Shown here in pieces: positions 47,814 to 56,760 of a stretch of 64,000 bases of DNA. Under the pieces are notes generated by a model, which was given only the letters and a program-made list of their open reading frames with translations, ran no database searches and was not told the origin of the DNA. Both the position numbers and the translations under genes were made by a program. The first letter of the stretch is position 1. Each line of letters opens with the position of its first letter. The stretch is from a virus: the IMG/VR virus record IMGVR_UViG_3300023179_000020; one strand, written 5' to 3'.

Positions 47814-49618
47814 AATCATTAGTAAAATCACTTATAACACCGTTTTTAGCAGAAGTTGATATTCCTGTTCCAACTAAAACAATAGGTGTATTTGGAGGTG
47901 GGTTTCAACCACCAACAAAAGGCCATTTTGAAGTTGTTAAAAAAGCATTAGAATACCCTAACATAAACGAATTTAACATTTATGTTGGTACAGGTGGAGG
48001 CAGATCAGAAACAATTACCCAAGAACAATCAGTGGCAATTTGGAATATATATAAAAATTATTTACCTAGTATAGTAAATATTATTCCAACAGATAATCCA
48101 ATTACTTCAATTTATTCTTTAGCTAAAAATGAACCTGACACTCAAATCAAATGGTTTTTAGGGTCACGTGAAGGTAAAGAAGAAGATTTTGCTGATTTTG
48201 AAAAACGTACCAAATCTGCTTTAGGCAAAACAAATATTGAACCCATCAACATTATAACTTCAGATGGTATTAGTGGTACTAAAGCTAGAGCAGTATTAGA
48301 CGATAAAGAAAAATTATTTGCCTATTTGCCTGACATTGAAGAAACAGATAAAGAACAAATATACTCTATTCTACACCCAGTAGAAGAAGGAGAAGAAATA
48401 ACAAATTTTCTTGAAGAAAAAATTCAAGGTGATAGTATAGTTTGTGATAATTGTGGTTGGACATGGAAAATAGAGGATGGCGGAAACGATTTATTTATTT
48501 GTCACAAATGTGGACATGATAATACTCCTAAAAAAGAAACAACTAATTTCTTTGAACCATTACAAAACCAAGACATAGACATTAAAATATCTTCAGAACC
48601 TACTAGAGTTGACTATTATAAAGACCATATTAAAAATGTAGTACCATCTGATTTTAAAGTTGAAAAACATAAAGATAAAATAGTAGTTTCTAACATTTCT
48701 AAACCAGGACTAGAACATAACCCTGAATTTAAAGATAAATTAGTATCATTAACATTGTCTATGATAGATAATGGTATAAACATTGAACCGTTACCCGATT
48801 TAGTTTTTATAGAAGATGATAAGAAAAATGCAAACAACATATTAGGACGTACTGCTCATTATGACCCTAATAATAAATGTATTACTTTATACACTTATGG
48901 TCGTCATCCTAAAGACATATTACGTTCATACGCTCATGAAATGATTCATCACATGCAAAATCTTGAGGGTAGAATTCATGGTATTGAAGGACAAAACATA
49001 AATGAAGATGAATATCTAAAAGAATTAGAATTAGAAGCATATAGTAAAGGCAATATGTGTTTTAGAGGATGGGAAAATTCACTTAAAGAAAATATTAATG
49101 AATGGATTATTGATATTCCAAAATTTAATCAACCTAAAACATTTATAGATAATTTACGTGAATCTTTAAATGAAATTGTTTTGTCTAAAGAAAATGCAGT
49201 TGATATAGAGGGAAGTTTAACCGATGGACAATTTGTAGTAGGAGACCAAAAATATATTTATAAAATTAAAGAATTTCCAACACCTCCATATTACGACCCA
49301 GGTGTATTCTACAATATAGAATTTTATCCTGAAGGAAACATAAGTTCAGAACCGCAAGGAGGAAAAGAAAATTATGTAAAAATATTATCTACTATGTATA
49401 AAATAATAGTAGATTTTACTGAACAAGAAAAACCAAAATACATAGGTATTGCTTCTCTTGATAATGAAGGAAGCAAAAGTTACCATACAGTATATGCTAA
49501 TTTAACAGACAATAAATTTAACAGAATACCTGGATACTTTAGAAAAGATGTATCTTTAAAATTTGATGGGCCTAGGGGAAAAGGAAAAATGATAGTACTA
49601 AAAAGAAAAGATGATTAA
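47810..49618 (+). CDS. multidomain protein: (H/T)xGH nucleotidyltransferase + Zn ribbon + HExxH zincin-like + C-terminal domain
   Basis: GGFQPPTKGH, ISGT..R; CDNC/CHKC; HEMIHH. Confidence 0.8.
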   Translation: MKSLVKSLITPFLAEVDIPVPTKTIGVFGGGFQPPTKGHFEVVKKALEYPNINEFNIYVGTGGGRSETITQEQSVAIWNIYKNYLPSIVNIIPTDNPITSIYSLAKNEPDTQIKWFLGSREGKEEDFADFEKRTKSALGKTNIEPINIITSDGISGTKARAVLDDKEKLFAYLPDIEETDKEQIYSILHPVEEGEEITNFLEEKIQGDSIVCDNCGWTWKIEDGGNDLFICHKCGHDNTPKKETTNFFEPLQNQDIDIKISSEPTRVDYYKDHIKNVVPSDFKVEKHKDKIVVSNISKPGLEHNPEFKDKLVSLTLSMIDNGINIEPLPDLVFIEDDKKNANNILGRTAHYDPNNKCITLYTYGRHPKDILRSYAHEMIHHMQNLEGRIHGIEGQNINEDEYLKELELEAYSKGNMCFRGWENSLKENINEWIIDIPKFNQPKTFIDNLRESLNEIVLSKENAVDIEGSLTDGQFVVGDQKYIYKIKEFPTPPYYDPGVFYNIEFYPEGNISSEPQGGKENYVKILSTMYKIIVDFTEQEKPKYIGIASLDNEGSKSYHTVYANLTDNKFNRIPGYFRKDVSLKFDGPRGKGKMIVLKRKDD

Positions 49619-50180
49619 ATTAACTGATTTATTAAAAGAAGTAGAAGATCAAAAATATACTATCTATTGTGACATGGATGGAGTATTAGTAGACTTTGAT
49701 AAGGGTTATAAGGATTTAACAGGAATGTCTACTAAAAAAGCTAATACGTATCCTAAAATGTTTTTTTGGAGATTTTTTAGAAAGAAATTAAAAGAAAAAA
49801 AAATGGATGAAAAAGATTTTTGGGCTAATTTAGAATCTTATCCTGGAAAAGAAGAATTATGGTCCTATATATCACCATACAAACCAAATATACTTTCATC
49901 CCCATCAATAGACTTTAAACTCCCTCCAAATCAACAACTTGACCCAGAGTATAATGAAGCTATTCAGGGTAAAAAAGCATGGATTTCAAATAATTTAAAT
50001 AATGTAAATAAAGAAATTTTTGTTCCTGCCTCTCAAAAACAACAATTTTCTGGCGAAAATAAAATACTTATAGACGATAGAGAAGACAATATAGAACAAT
50101 GGAAAAGTAAGGGAGGAATAGGTATCCTTCACACTTCTGCTTCTGACACAATTAAACAATTAAAAGAATTAAAATTATGA
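49611..50180 (+). CDS. leader-bearing (MIKLTDLLKE) HAD 5'(3')-deoxyribonucleotidase-like phosphatase
   Basis: DMDGVLVDF, ILSS, K..W, LIDD...N...W...GG.GI. Confidence 0.85.
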   Translation: MIKLTDLLKEVEDQKYTIYCDMDGVLVDFDKGYKDLTGMSTKKANTYPKMFFWRFFRKKLKEKKMDEKDFWANLESYPGKEELWSYISPYKPNILSSPSIDFKLPPNQQLDPEYNEAIQGKKAWISNNLNNVNKEIFVPASQKQQFSGENKILIDDREDNIEQWKSKGGIGILHTSASDTIKQLKELKL

Positions 50181-50518
50181 AAAAATCACAATTACAACAG
50201 ATTATTAAAGAAGAAATTCAAAAAGTATTAAATGAAAACAAAGCTAATGATTTAAAAAATTTTATTAAAACAAATAAAGAAGAAGTAATAAACCAATTAA
50301 ATCAAAGAGAAAAAAAGAACAAAGACGCTAAAACCATTGATTTTAACATAATATATACTAAAGGAGACAAGGTTTATGCGGAGAGAGATTATCTTCCTAT
50401 TGGAGAAACAAATAAAGAAAATACAAGTCTAGATGAAATATCATTTAGTAAAACTACAGGTAAATACGAAATAACAGTATATGGACAAATATTGAAATAT
50501 TCAATATATAATATATAA
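50177..50518 (+). CDS. late protein with MKKSQLQQIIKEEIQKVLNE leader
   Basis: leader family B. Confidence 0.7.
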   Translation: MKKSQLQQIIKEEIQKVLNENKANDLKNFIKTNKEEVINQLNQREKKNKDAKTIDFNIIYTKGDKVYAERDYLPIGETNKENTSLDEISFSKTTGKYEITVYGQILKYSIYNI

Positions 50519-50549
50519 ATACTAATACAAGATTAGAAAAATTAGGATT

Positions 50550-51008
50550 ATGAATAAATATAGTTTAGTAAAATTAATGGAGAATGAAGAAGATGGAACA
50601 TCTAAAAGATTAATTCTTAAAAAAAATTTATTATTAATACCTAAAACAAAAACAGCAGAAGAATTTTTAAAAATTATTAATGATCCTAAAAATACAAAAG
50701 GAGTATTTGTAAAAATCAATACTGATTTATATAATGGGTATTTTGGTCCTCCTGGTCCTCCAAATGTAAAACAAAAATTAGAAAGAGAAAGAGGAGAACC
50801 ATTTCCTCCTAAAACCTCAGATAATATAGAAAAATTCAAAACTGGTTCAAAAGATTTAGGAGCCCAAATACAAGGAAAAAATATTATTTTTACTACTAAT
50901 GAATTTACTACTATTAATTCTATTAAAGGAGATTTAGAAAAAATACTTAAAAATGCTAATTTAGAAAAAGGAACAGATTATACTTTATTAGAAAAAGAAG
51001 CCATATAA
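50550..51008 (+). CDS. hypothetical late protein
   Basis: ORF; leader ending LMENEE. Confidence 0.65.
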   Translation: MNKYSLVKLMENEEDGTSKRLILKKNLLLIPKTKTAEEFLKIINDPKNTKGVFVKINTDLYNGYFGPPGPPNVKQKLERERGEPFPPKTSDNIEKFKTGSKDLGAQIQGKNIIFTTNEFTTINSIKGDLEKILKNANLEKGTDYTLLEKEAI

Positions 51009-51009
51009 T

Positions 51010-51579
51010 ATGCCAGAAAATGTTCTAAAAAAAGAGTTCCAACAAAAGGACGTACAACGCCTCCGTAACCTAATGACAGGTAAATATGGTGAAAAAACCA
51101 TTGTTGGAACAGGTTATACTAAACAACAAGAATTTCATGAAGAAGGTGAAATTTGGGAAGAAGATGGAAGACAATGGACCATCAAAAATGGTATCAAACA
51201 AAACATTACTAAACTGGATAAAGCAAAAGAATCAATCCATTTACCAATGTTTTGTCCTTGTTGTAGTAATTTAATGAAACCCCACCTTGATAAACGTTTT
51301 TATTTACAATATAAAAGGTGTTTTAATTGTCAGGTTGATTTTGAAACCGAATTAAAAATTAAAGGTTTATGGAACGATTATGAAAAACATATCATCAATT
51401 CAGACATTGATGGTATAACACAAGAATTTAATATATGGATGGACGAAGAAATAAACGAGTCTAATACATCATACATTACAGAAGCTGGAGACGTAGAACG
51501 TTGGGTAGGTTCTTCAAAACAAAAACTGTTAGAAAGTAAAGAAGAAACAATTAAATACTTACAAAGTTTAAAAAAATAA
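51010..51579 (+). CDS. Zn-finger hypothetical protein
   Basis: EGEIWEE.G..WTIKNG; CPCC...CFNC. Confidence 0.75.
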   Translation: MPENVLKKEFQQKDVQRLRNLMTGKYGEKTIVGTGYTKQQEFHEEGEIWEEDGRQWTIKNGIKQNITKLDKAKESIHLPMFCPCCSNLMKPHLDKRFYLQYKRCFNCQVDFETELKIKGLWNDYEKHIINSDIDGITQEFNIWMDEEINESNTSYITEAGDVERWVGSSKQKLLESKEETIKYLQSLKK

Positions 51580-51601
51580 ACCATATTTATTATAAAAATA
51601 T

Positions 51602-51964
51602 ATGGAATTTTCTAAGTTTATATCTTACCTATTTCATTCAAGAACCCAAACCCACATATTTCATTTACAAACACCTTCATTCGCCGAGCATATTGCTTTA
51701 CAAGCATACTATGAAGGAATTGTTCCTTTAATTGATGGTTTAGTAGAATCATATCAGGGTAAAAACGGTATAATTAATGATTATACCAATTTTAATTTAC
51801 AACAATACCAAGGTAAAGACCAAGTAATAGCATACTTGGATATGTTGTGTAAAGCAGCATACCAAGTGAGAGAAACAATTGAAGATAGTTACTTGCAGAA
51901 CCAAATTGATACTATAACTGAATTAATTAAATCAACTATTTACAAACTAACATACTTACAATAA
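51602..51964 (+). CDS. ferritin/Dps-like four-helix protein
   Basis: H..HLQT.SFAEH.AL..YY...D.LVESYQG...LQN.ID...YKL. Confidence 0.75.
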   Translation: MEFSKFISYLFHSRTQTHIFHLQTPSFAEHIALQAYYEGIVPLIDGLVESYQGKNGIINDYTNFNLQQYQGKDQVIAYLDMLCKAAYQVRETIEDSYLQNQIDTITELIKSTIYKLTYLQ

Positions 51965-51965
51965 C

Positions 51966-52214
51966 ATGGCATACAAATACAAATTAGTAAAAGAATTAGG
52001 GCCTCAAGACTTTGAAAAAGAAGAAGGTTATTATAAGGATCCTAAAACCGGAGAAATCAAACAAGGTTCTTTACAAACATCTTTAAATGCAAGAATGAAA
52101 TCTATGTTTGGTGAACCTAACCCTAATAAAGTTAAAAACACTTTTAAATCACCTGAAGAACAAGGTAAAGAAAAATTAACCCAAGAAGTTTTACGTAGAC
52201 TTAAAAACCGTTAA
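51966..52214 (+). CDS. hypothetical late protein
   Basis: ORF. Confidence 0.6.
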   Translation: MAYKYKLVKELGPQDFEKEEGYYKDPKTGEIKQGSLQTSLNARMKSMFGEPNPNKVKNTFKSPEEQGKEKLTQEVLRRLKNR

Positions 52215-52236
52215 TATTTATCACAAATCATTAATA

Positions 52237-52596
52237 ATGGAAAACAAATTACGTATCCTAATAAATCAACTTGTTAAAGAAGAGTTATCGATTTTTGAAA
52301 AAAAACTTAAAAAAGACGAAGAACCTCCTGTTGACGACGTTGAATTAGACCTTAGTGCTTCTGAAGAAACACCTGCTGAAGCTCCTTCTACCGATATGCC
52401 TTCAGTTGAGCCAAGCATGGACATGGGAGGTGGAGAATCAGTTGAAAAACGTATTGGGCAACACTTACAACAAGCATTAGACGCTGCTCGTGAAATGCCT
52501 GAAAGTGAAAATAAAAATAAATTGATAAGACAAATTGGAAACACAGCTTTATTCTTCCTGAAAACCCAAATTCCGGTTGATGGAGGACAAGCTTAA
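52237..52596 (+). CDS. acidic late protein (scaffold/core-like)
   Basis: leader family B; acidic linker. Confidence 0.65.
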   Translation: MENKLRILINQLVKEELSIFEKKLKKDEEPPVDDVELDLSASEETPAEAPSTDMPSVEPSMDMGGGESVEKRIGQHLQQALDAAREMPESENKNKLIRQIGNTALFFLKTQIPVDGGQA

Positions 52597-52619
52597 TATT
52601 AACTAAATAAATTAAATCT

Positions 52620-52793
52620 ATGAACAGTCAAGAGTTATTTGAACAAATGCAAGGTTTATGGGAAGAGTTTACAACTGAACATGCCAAAGCTTCTAAAGCA
52701 GCTCATAATAGAGCTCGCAAAGCAGCTGGCAATTTAAAAAAGTTGGTAACTGAGTACCGTAAAGCATCGGTTGCTGAAGACAAAGCAAAGTAA
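52620..52793 (+). CDS. Hc1/histone H1-like protein (57 aa, not in track)
   Basis: KAAHNRARKAAGNLKKLVTEYRKAS matches the Hc1 family pattern. Confidence 0.7.
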   Translation: MNSQELFEQMQGLWEEFTTEHAKASKAAHNRARKAAGNLKKLVTEYRKASVAEDKAK

Positions 52794-52813
52794 CCAAAAA
52801 CAACAATAAGTTA

Positions 52814-52834
52814 TAAGGGGGTAAAACCCCTTAT
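52814..52834 (+). terminator. hairpin/terminator
   Basis: taagggg/cccctta. Confidence 0.5.
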
Positions 52835-52854
52835 TCTTATTAAAAACACTTAAT

Positions 52855-53517
52855 ATGCCCTACGAAAGAAAAGGAAAATGCATATACAATAAAAAAACAG
52901 GCGAAAAAAAAGGCTGTTCATCCTCTGTGGGAAAAGCAAAATCTCATATGAGGGCTTTGTATGCTGCTGAAAAGGGTAGTATTAAAGAAGAAACAAGTAA
53001 AATTACACAAGCAATTCTAGACAGAGCAGAAGACATTTACCAGGCTATGAAAGCCTCTTCTGGTAGAAAAGCTGTAAAAAAATATGGAGCGGATGCTGAA
53101 GATGTGTTACGTGGTAGAGCAATGAACATAGCTAAAAAACAAGTCAAAATGAAAAACACAGACAGACTAAAAGAAATTATTAAAGATGCTTTAAGTGAGA
53201 AAAAAAATAAAAAATTTCCTGATTTAACAGGTGATGGTAAAGTAACTAAAGCTGATATTTTAAAGGGAAGAGGCGTTGAGTTAAAAGAAGAAGAACTTGA
53301 TTATGAAGGTGAAATGGCTAAATCTGAACTTCTTCGCATCATGCAAAATGCTCAAATGTTAATGTCTTCACTTGATGATGATACACAATTAGAAGCATGG
53401 GTACAAAGCAAAATTACTAAAGCAGCTGATTACTTAAATTCAGTAACCCAATACTTAACATATCAAAATACAAAACAAGGCCCTGTTGATGAAGAGGCCT
53501 ATTATTTAGACAAATAA
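52855..53517 (+). CDS. modular late protein
   Basis: short modules separated by IKEE/LSE/LKEE; DLTGDGKVT EF-hand-like; EGEMAK...WVQSKIT. Confidence 0.75.
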   Translation: MPYERKGKCIYNKKTGEKKGCSSSVGKAKSHMRALYAAEKGSIKEETSKITQAILDRAEDIYQAMKASSGRKAVKKYGADAEDVLRGRAMNIAKKQVKMKNTDRLKEIIKDALSEKKNKKFPDLTGDGKVTKADILKGRGVELKEEELDYEGEMAKSELLRIMQNAQMLMSSLDDDTQLEAWVQSKITKAADYLNSVTQYLTYQNTKQGPVDEEAYYLDK

Positions 53518-53518
53518 A

Positions 53519-54046
53519 ATGGCAAGTAAACAGGAACTTATAGATAAAATTCAAACAATAGCTAAACGTGTTTATTCTTCTAAAATAAAGGATAACACGT
53601 TAGGTGTTACTCCTAGTGACGTAAATTTTGATAAAGAAACATTTCCTGTTTTATCAAAGTTTCCAACTCTAAAACAAATTATTATAAATCTTTTAACAAA
53701 ACAATACGAAGATTTTATTTCTGACATTCATTGGGTTGCTCCTCGTCCTACTACTTTTAAAATCCTTTTAGCAAATGGACAGTATTTTTACTTAATATAC
53801 ACTGAACGTTCATGGATTGCTCAAGTTGAAGGTAAAAAGTACTATATGTTAAACTTAGACGAGGAAGAAAGAGCAGCTGAATCTATTGCTCGCATACTAA
53901 TGTATGGTAGTAAAAACAAAGAAGAAGAAACACCAGCCGAAGTACCAACAGGAGGAGAAACACCTGCTGACGAAACAGTACCTGAAGCACCCCCAACTGA
54001 AGAAACACCTCCAACAGAAGAAGTACCTGAAGAAGTTCCAGCATAA
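53519..54046 (+). CDS. hypothetical late protein with Glu/Pro tail
   Basis: WVAPRPTTF motif. Confidence 0.75.
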   Translation: MASKQELIDKIQTIAKRVYSSKIKDNTLGVTPSDVNFDKETFPVLSKFPTLKQIIINLLTKQYEDFISDIHWVAPRPTTFKILLANGQYFYLIYTERSWIAQVEGKKYYMLNLDEEERAAESIARILMYGSKNKEEETPAEVPTGGETPADETVPEAPPTEETPPTEEVPEEVPA

Positions 54047-54048
54047 TT

Positions 54049-55026
54049 ATGAATATGTTTGACAAATTTTTAAATAGTATTTCTCATAAATTCCCTAAAG
54101 GATATCCTGACATGAATAATGAACAGGATATTTTATTGTTAGAAACTTTAATAAATAAAGTGTTAGGTGAAAATGTAAAATTAAATGAAATGGGAATTTT
54201 AACTGAAAACGATAATTCATATGATGATTTAATAAAATTATCTTTAAAAGTTAAAACAATCCCAAAATGCCAAACTCCCTTAGTTGTAGGCAAATCATTT
54301 TCTTTAACAGGAAAAGACGCTAAAATATGGGCTAGTCTATACTCAATTAAACCTTTAAAAGCAGATGGTACACCAACCGCAGGTTCAGGAAATGGAGAAG
54401 TGGCTACATATTGGGCTTATCAACATAATATAAAACCAATAAGTACTCAAGATGGTAGAGGAGGAGACAATCCCGATTTAATTATTAGTGGAATTGGAGT
54501 TGAAGTTAAAGCATATGACACTTCAACTATTACTTTAGGTAAATTTAAATCTGATGGAGAAAGTGTAAGTTTATTAAATAGAGTATTTGGAGTTTTAACT
54601 TTATTTGGTGAAGAAGATACTAAAGCTAATGCAGGTGGATTTAAACCTCAAGATTTATTAAACAGTTTTACTATAATATCAAGTGTGTATAATAATAAAG
54701 AATTAAGATCTTTATCTGTTACTCAACCATTTTTTGTTAAAATAGATAATTTGTATAAAGAATTAGGATTAGAATCTAATCCCACCCCAAAACAAGCTAC
54801 TGTTGCTTTGTTACGTAAACTTTTATGGAGTAAATTAATTAAAAAACCTAATAAAAATCAAGAAGTAGGATACATTTTAAATGTTGCTCTTAACGGAGCA
54901 GGAGAATATACTAAAATTACTAAACAAATAATAGATAGTATACCTGATGATAGTTTTATAAACAACGGAGTTACAGTTAAATCTTCTGAAATACAAATGA
55001 ATTTTAATCAATTATTCAAATCATGA
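54049..55026 (+). CDS. leader module + PD-(D/E)XK nuclease-like domain
   Basis: FPKGYPDM module ending LNE/LTE; GNGE...PDL....VEVK. Confidence 0.55.
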   Translation: MNMFDKFLNSISHKFPKGYPDMNNEQDILLLETLINKVLGENVKLNEMGILTENDNSYDDLIKLSLKVKTIPKCQTPLVVGKSFSLTGKDAKIWASLYSIKPLKADGTPTAGSGNGEVATYWAYQHNIKPISTQDGRGGDNPDLIISGIGVEVKAYDTSTITLGKFKSDGESVSLLNRVFGVLTLFGEEDTKANAGGFKPQDLLNSFTIISSVYNNKELRSLSVTQPFFVKIDNLYKELGLESNPTPKQATVALLRKLLWSKLIKKPNKNQEVGYILNVALNGAGEYTKITKQIIDSIPDDSFINNGVTVKSSEIQMNFNQLFKS

Positions 55027-55703
55027 AACAACGCCTCCTAGAAATAATAAAAAAAGCATTAACAGAACAACCCAAAAAGAAAAAATGCGATTGTGGTTGT
55101 AATGAATGTACTAGTGCTCCTTTATTAAACGAATCTAAACAATACAACATGGCTATTTCTGAAAACATGAGATACCATTTAGACAACAAGATTCAAATCC
55201 ATGACAACATTTTCAGACCAGGCTCAAAATCACACATTGAACTGATTCATGAAGCTCGTTTGTTATGGAAAAAAGAAATTATTGAATTAAAAGAAACTGA
55301 TAAACATTTATTTGAAAACACAGATTTAGGTCGTTTTGGAATGTATGAAGGTGAGGTGGTTCCACTTGATTATCCAATGATGGAAATTGAAACTTTAACA
55401 GAAGCTGAATTAGAAGAAGAAAAGAAACAACCTGCTTTAGGTAAACCAAAACGTGGTGGTTCTAAAAAGTTTTATGTTTATGTTAAAGATCCTAAAACCA
55501 AGCGTATTAAAAAAGTATCATTTGGTATGGCAGGTGGTGGATTAAGAGCAAAACTTAATAATCCTAAAGCACGTCAAGCGTTTTCAAAAAGACATGATTG
55601 TCCTAATAAAAAAGACAGAACAAAGGCGTCGTACTGGAGTTGTGCATTGCCCCGTATGGCTAAGCTACTAGGGTTCAAAACCACTTACACAGGGTATTGG
55701 TAA
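55023..55703 (+). CDS. modular late protein
   Basis: LTE/LNE/LEE-separated modules; KKFYVYV...KVSFG...F..RH.C...YWSC. Confidence 0.75.
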   Translation: MKQRLLEIIKKALTEQPKKKKCDCGCNECTSAPLLNESKQYNMAISENMRYHLDNKIQIHDNIFRPGSKSHIELIHEARLLWKKEIIELKETDKHLFENTDLGRFGMYEGEVVPLDYPMMEIETLTEAELEEEKKQPALGKPKRGGSKKFYVYVKDPKTKRIKKVSFGMAGGGLRAKLNNPKARQAFSKRHDCPNKKDRTKASYWSCALPRMAKLLGFKTTYTGYW

Positions 55704-55745
55704 GGGAAGCTACACCCCCAATATTTATAATAAATTGGAGGGAAT

Positions 55746-56372
55746 ATGGCTTATGTTTATCTTATAACTAATGTCATCAACAATAAAAAATATATTGGAT
55801 CTTCTAGAAAGACTCAAGTTGATGAAAACTATTATGGTAGTGGAAAAGCATTAAAAAATGCTTTAAAAAAACATGGTAAAGAAAATTTCACTAGAGAAAT
55901 ATTATGGGAAGGTGAGGGAGATGCTCGAGTTATGGAAACATATTATTTGACAAAATTTAACGCAGCTGGAAATTCAATGTTTTATAATATGACTAATGAT
56001 GCTAGAGGAAATAATCTTCATAAAGAAGAAACTAAAAAGACAGTTAGTGAAAAACTAACAGGACGTAAATTCTCAAAAGAAACTTGCGAAAAAATATCTA
56101 AAGCCAAAACAGGTTCAACAACATCTAAAAAAGGTAAACCCGATGGCCCTAAACCTAATGTATCTAAAGCTCATAAAGGCAGAATAAGTCCTAATAAAGG
56201 AAAAGGTAACCCTGTAGCTTTATATAAAACATCAGGTGAATACATCCAAACATATCCTAGCTATCATGATTTAGCTCTTGATCTTCAAATTAACCCAGAA
56301 ACAGTAAGATGTCAACTTATTGGGAAAGCTCAAACTATTAAGAATAAGCAATATAGGGCTCAATATGTATAA
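55746..56372 (+). CDS. GIY-YIG homing endonuclease (SegA-like, NUMOD3)
   Basis: YVYLITN...KYIG, YYGSG, F.REIL, YN; ETKK.VSE and ETCEKISKA repeats. Confidence 0.88.
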   Translation: MAYVYLITNVINNKKYIGSSRKTQVDENYYGSGKALKNALKKHGKENFTREILWEGEGDARVMETYYLTKFNAAGNSMFYNMTNDARGNNLHKEETKKTVSEKLTGRKFSKETCEKISKAKTGSTTSKKGKPDGPKPNVSKAHKGRISPNKGKGNPVALYKTSGEYIQTYPSYHDLALDLQINPETVRCQLIGKAQTIKNKQYRAQYV

Positions 56373-56376
56373 TCAT

Positions 56377-56760
56377 ATGAAACTAACACACATACTCCTT
56401 CAACTTCTTTTAGAAAAAAAAGAAGACAGATGTAAACGTATTGCTGATCGCAAATACGATAAACCATCTGCTTATAAATCAGGTGCAATTGTTAGATGCC
56501 GTAAGGGTGAAATTTGGAAAGATTTAAAAGAGGATGAATTAACTGAAAAACAAAAAGAAACCCTCCGCACCTGGTTCAAACGTAAAGGTGCTCCTGGTAA
56601 AACAGGTGGGTGGGTAGACTGTAATACTTGTAGAGACGGTAAATGTAAGCCTTGTGGTAGAAAAGAAGGAGAAAAACGTGCTAAATACCCTTCATGTCGC
56701 CCCACACCATCTCAATGTAAAACACCTGGCAAAGGCAAAAAATGGGGAAAAACAAAATGA
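56377..56760 (+). CDS. Cys/Lys-rich modular late protein
   Basis: MKLTHILLQLLLE leader; SAYKSG and L..WF...WVD...CGR...YP.CRP modules split by LKE/LTE. Confidence 0.7.
   Translation: MKLTHILLQLLLEKKEDRCKRIADRKYDKPSAYKSGAIVRCRKGEIWKDLKEDELTEKQKETLRTWFKRKGAPGKTGGWVDCNTCRDGKCKPCGRKEGEKRAKYPSCRPTPSQCKTPGKGKKWGKTK

Noticed and set aside
44120-56372. Group I introns around the GIY-YIG genes
   Set aside because: Flanking genes appear complete and intergenic gaps are too short for an intron core.
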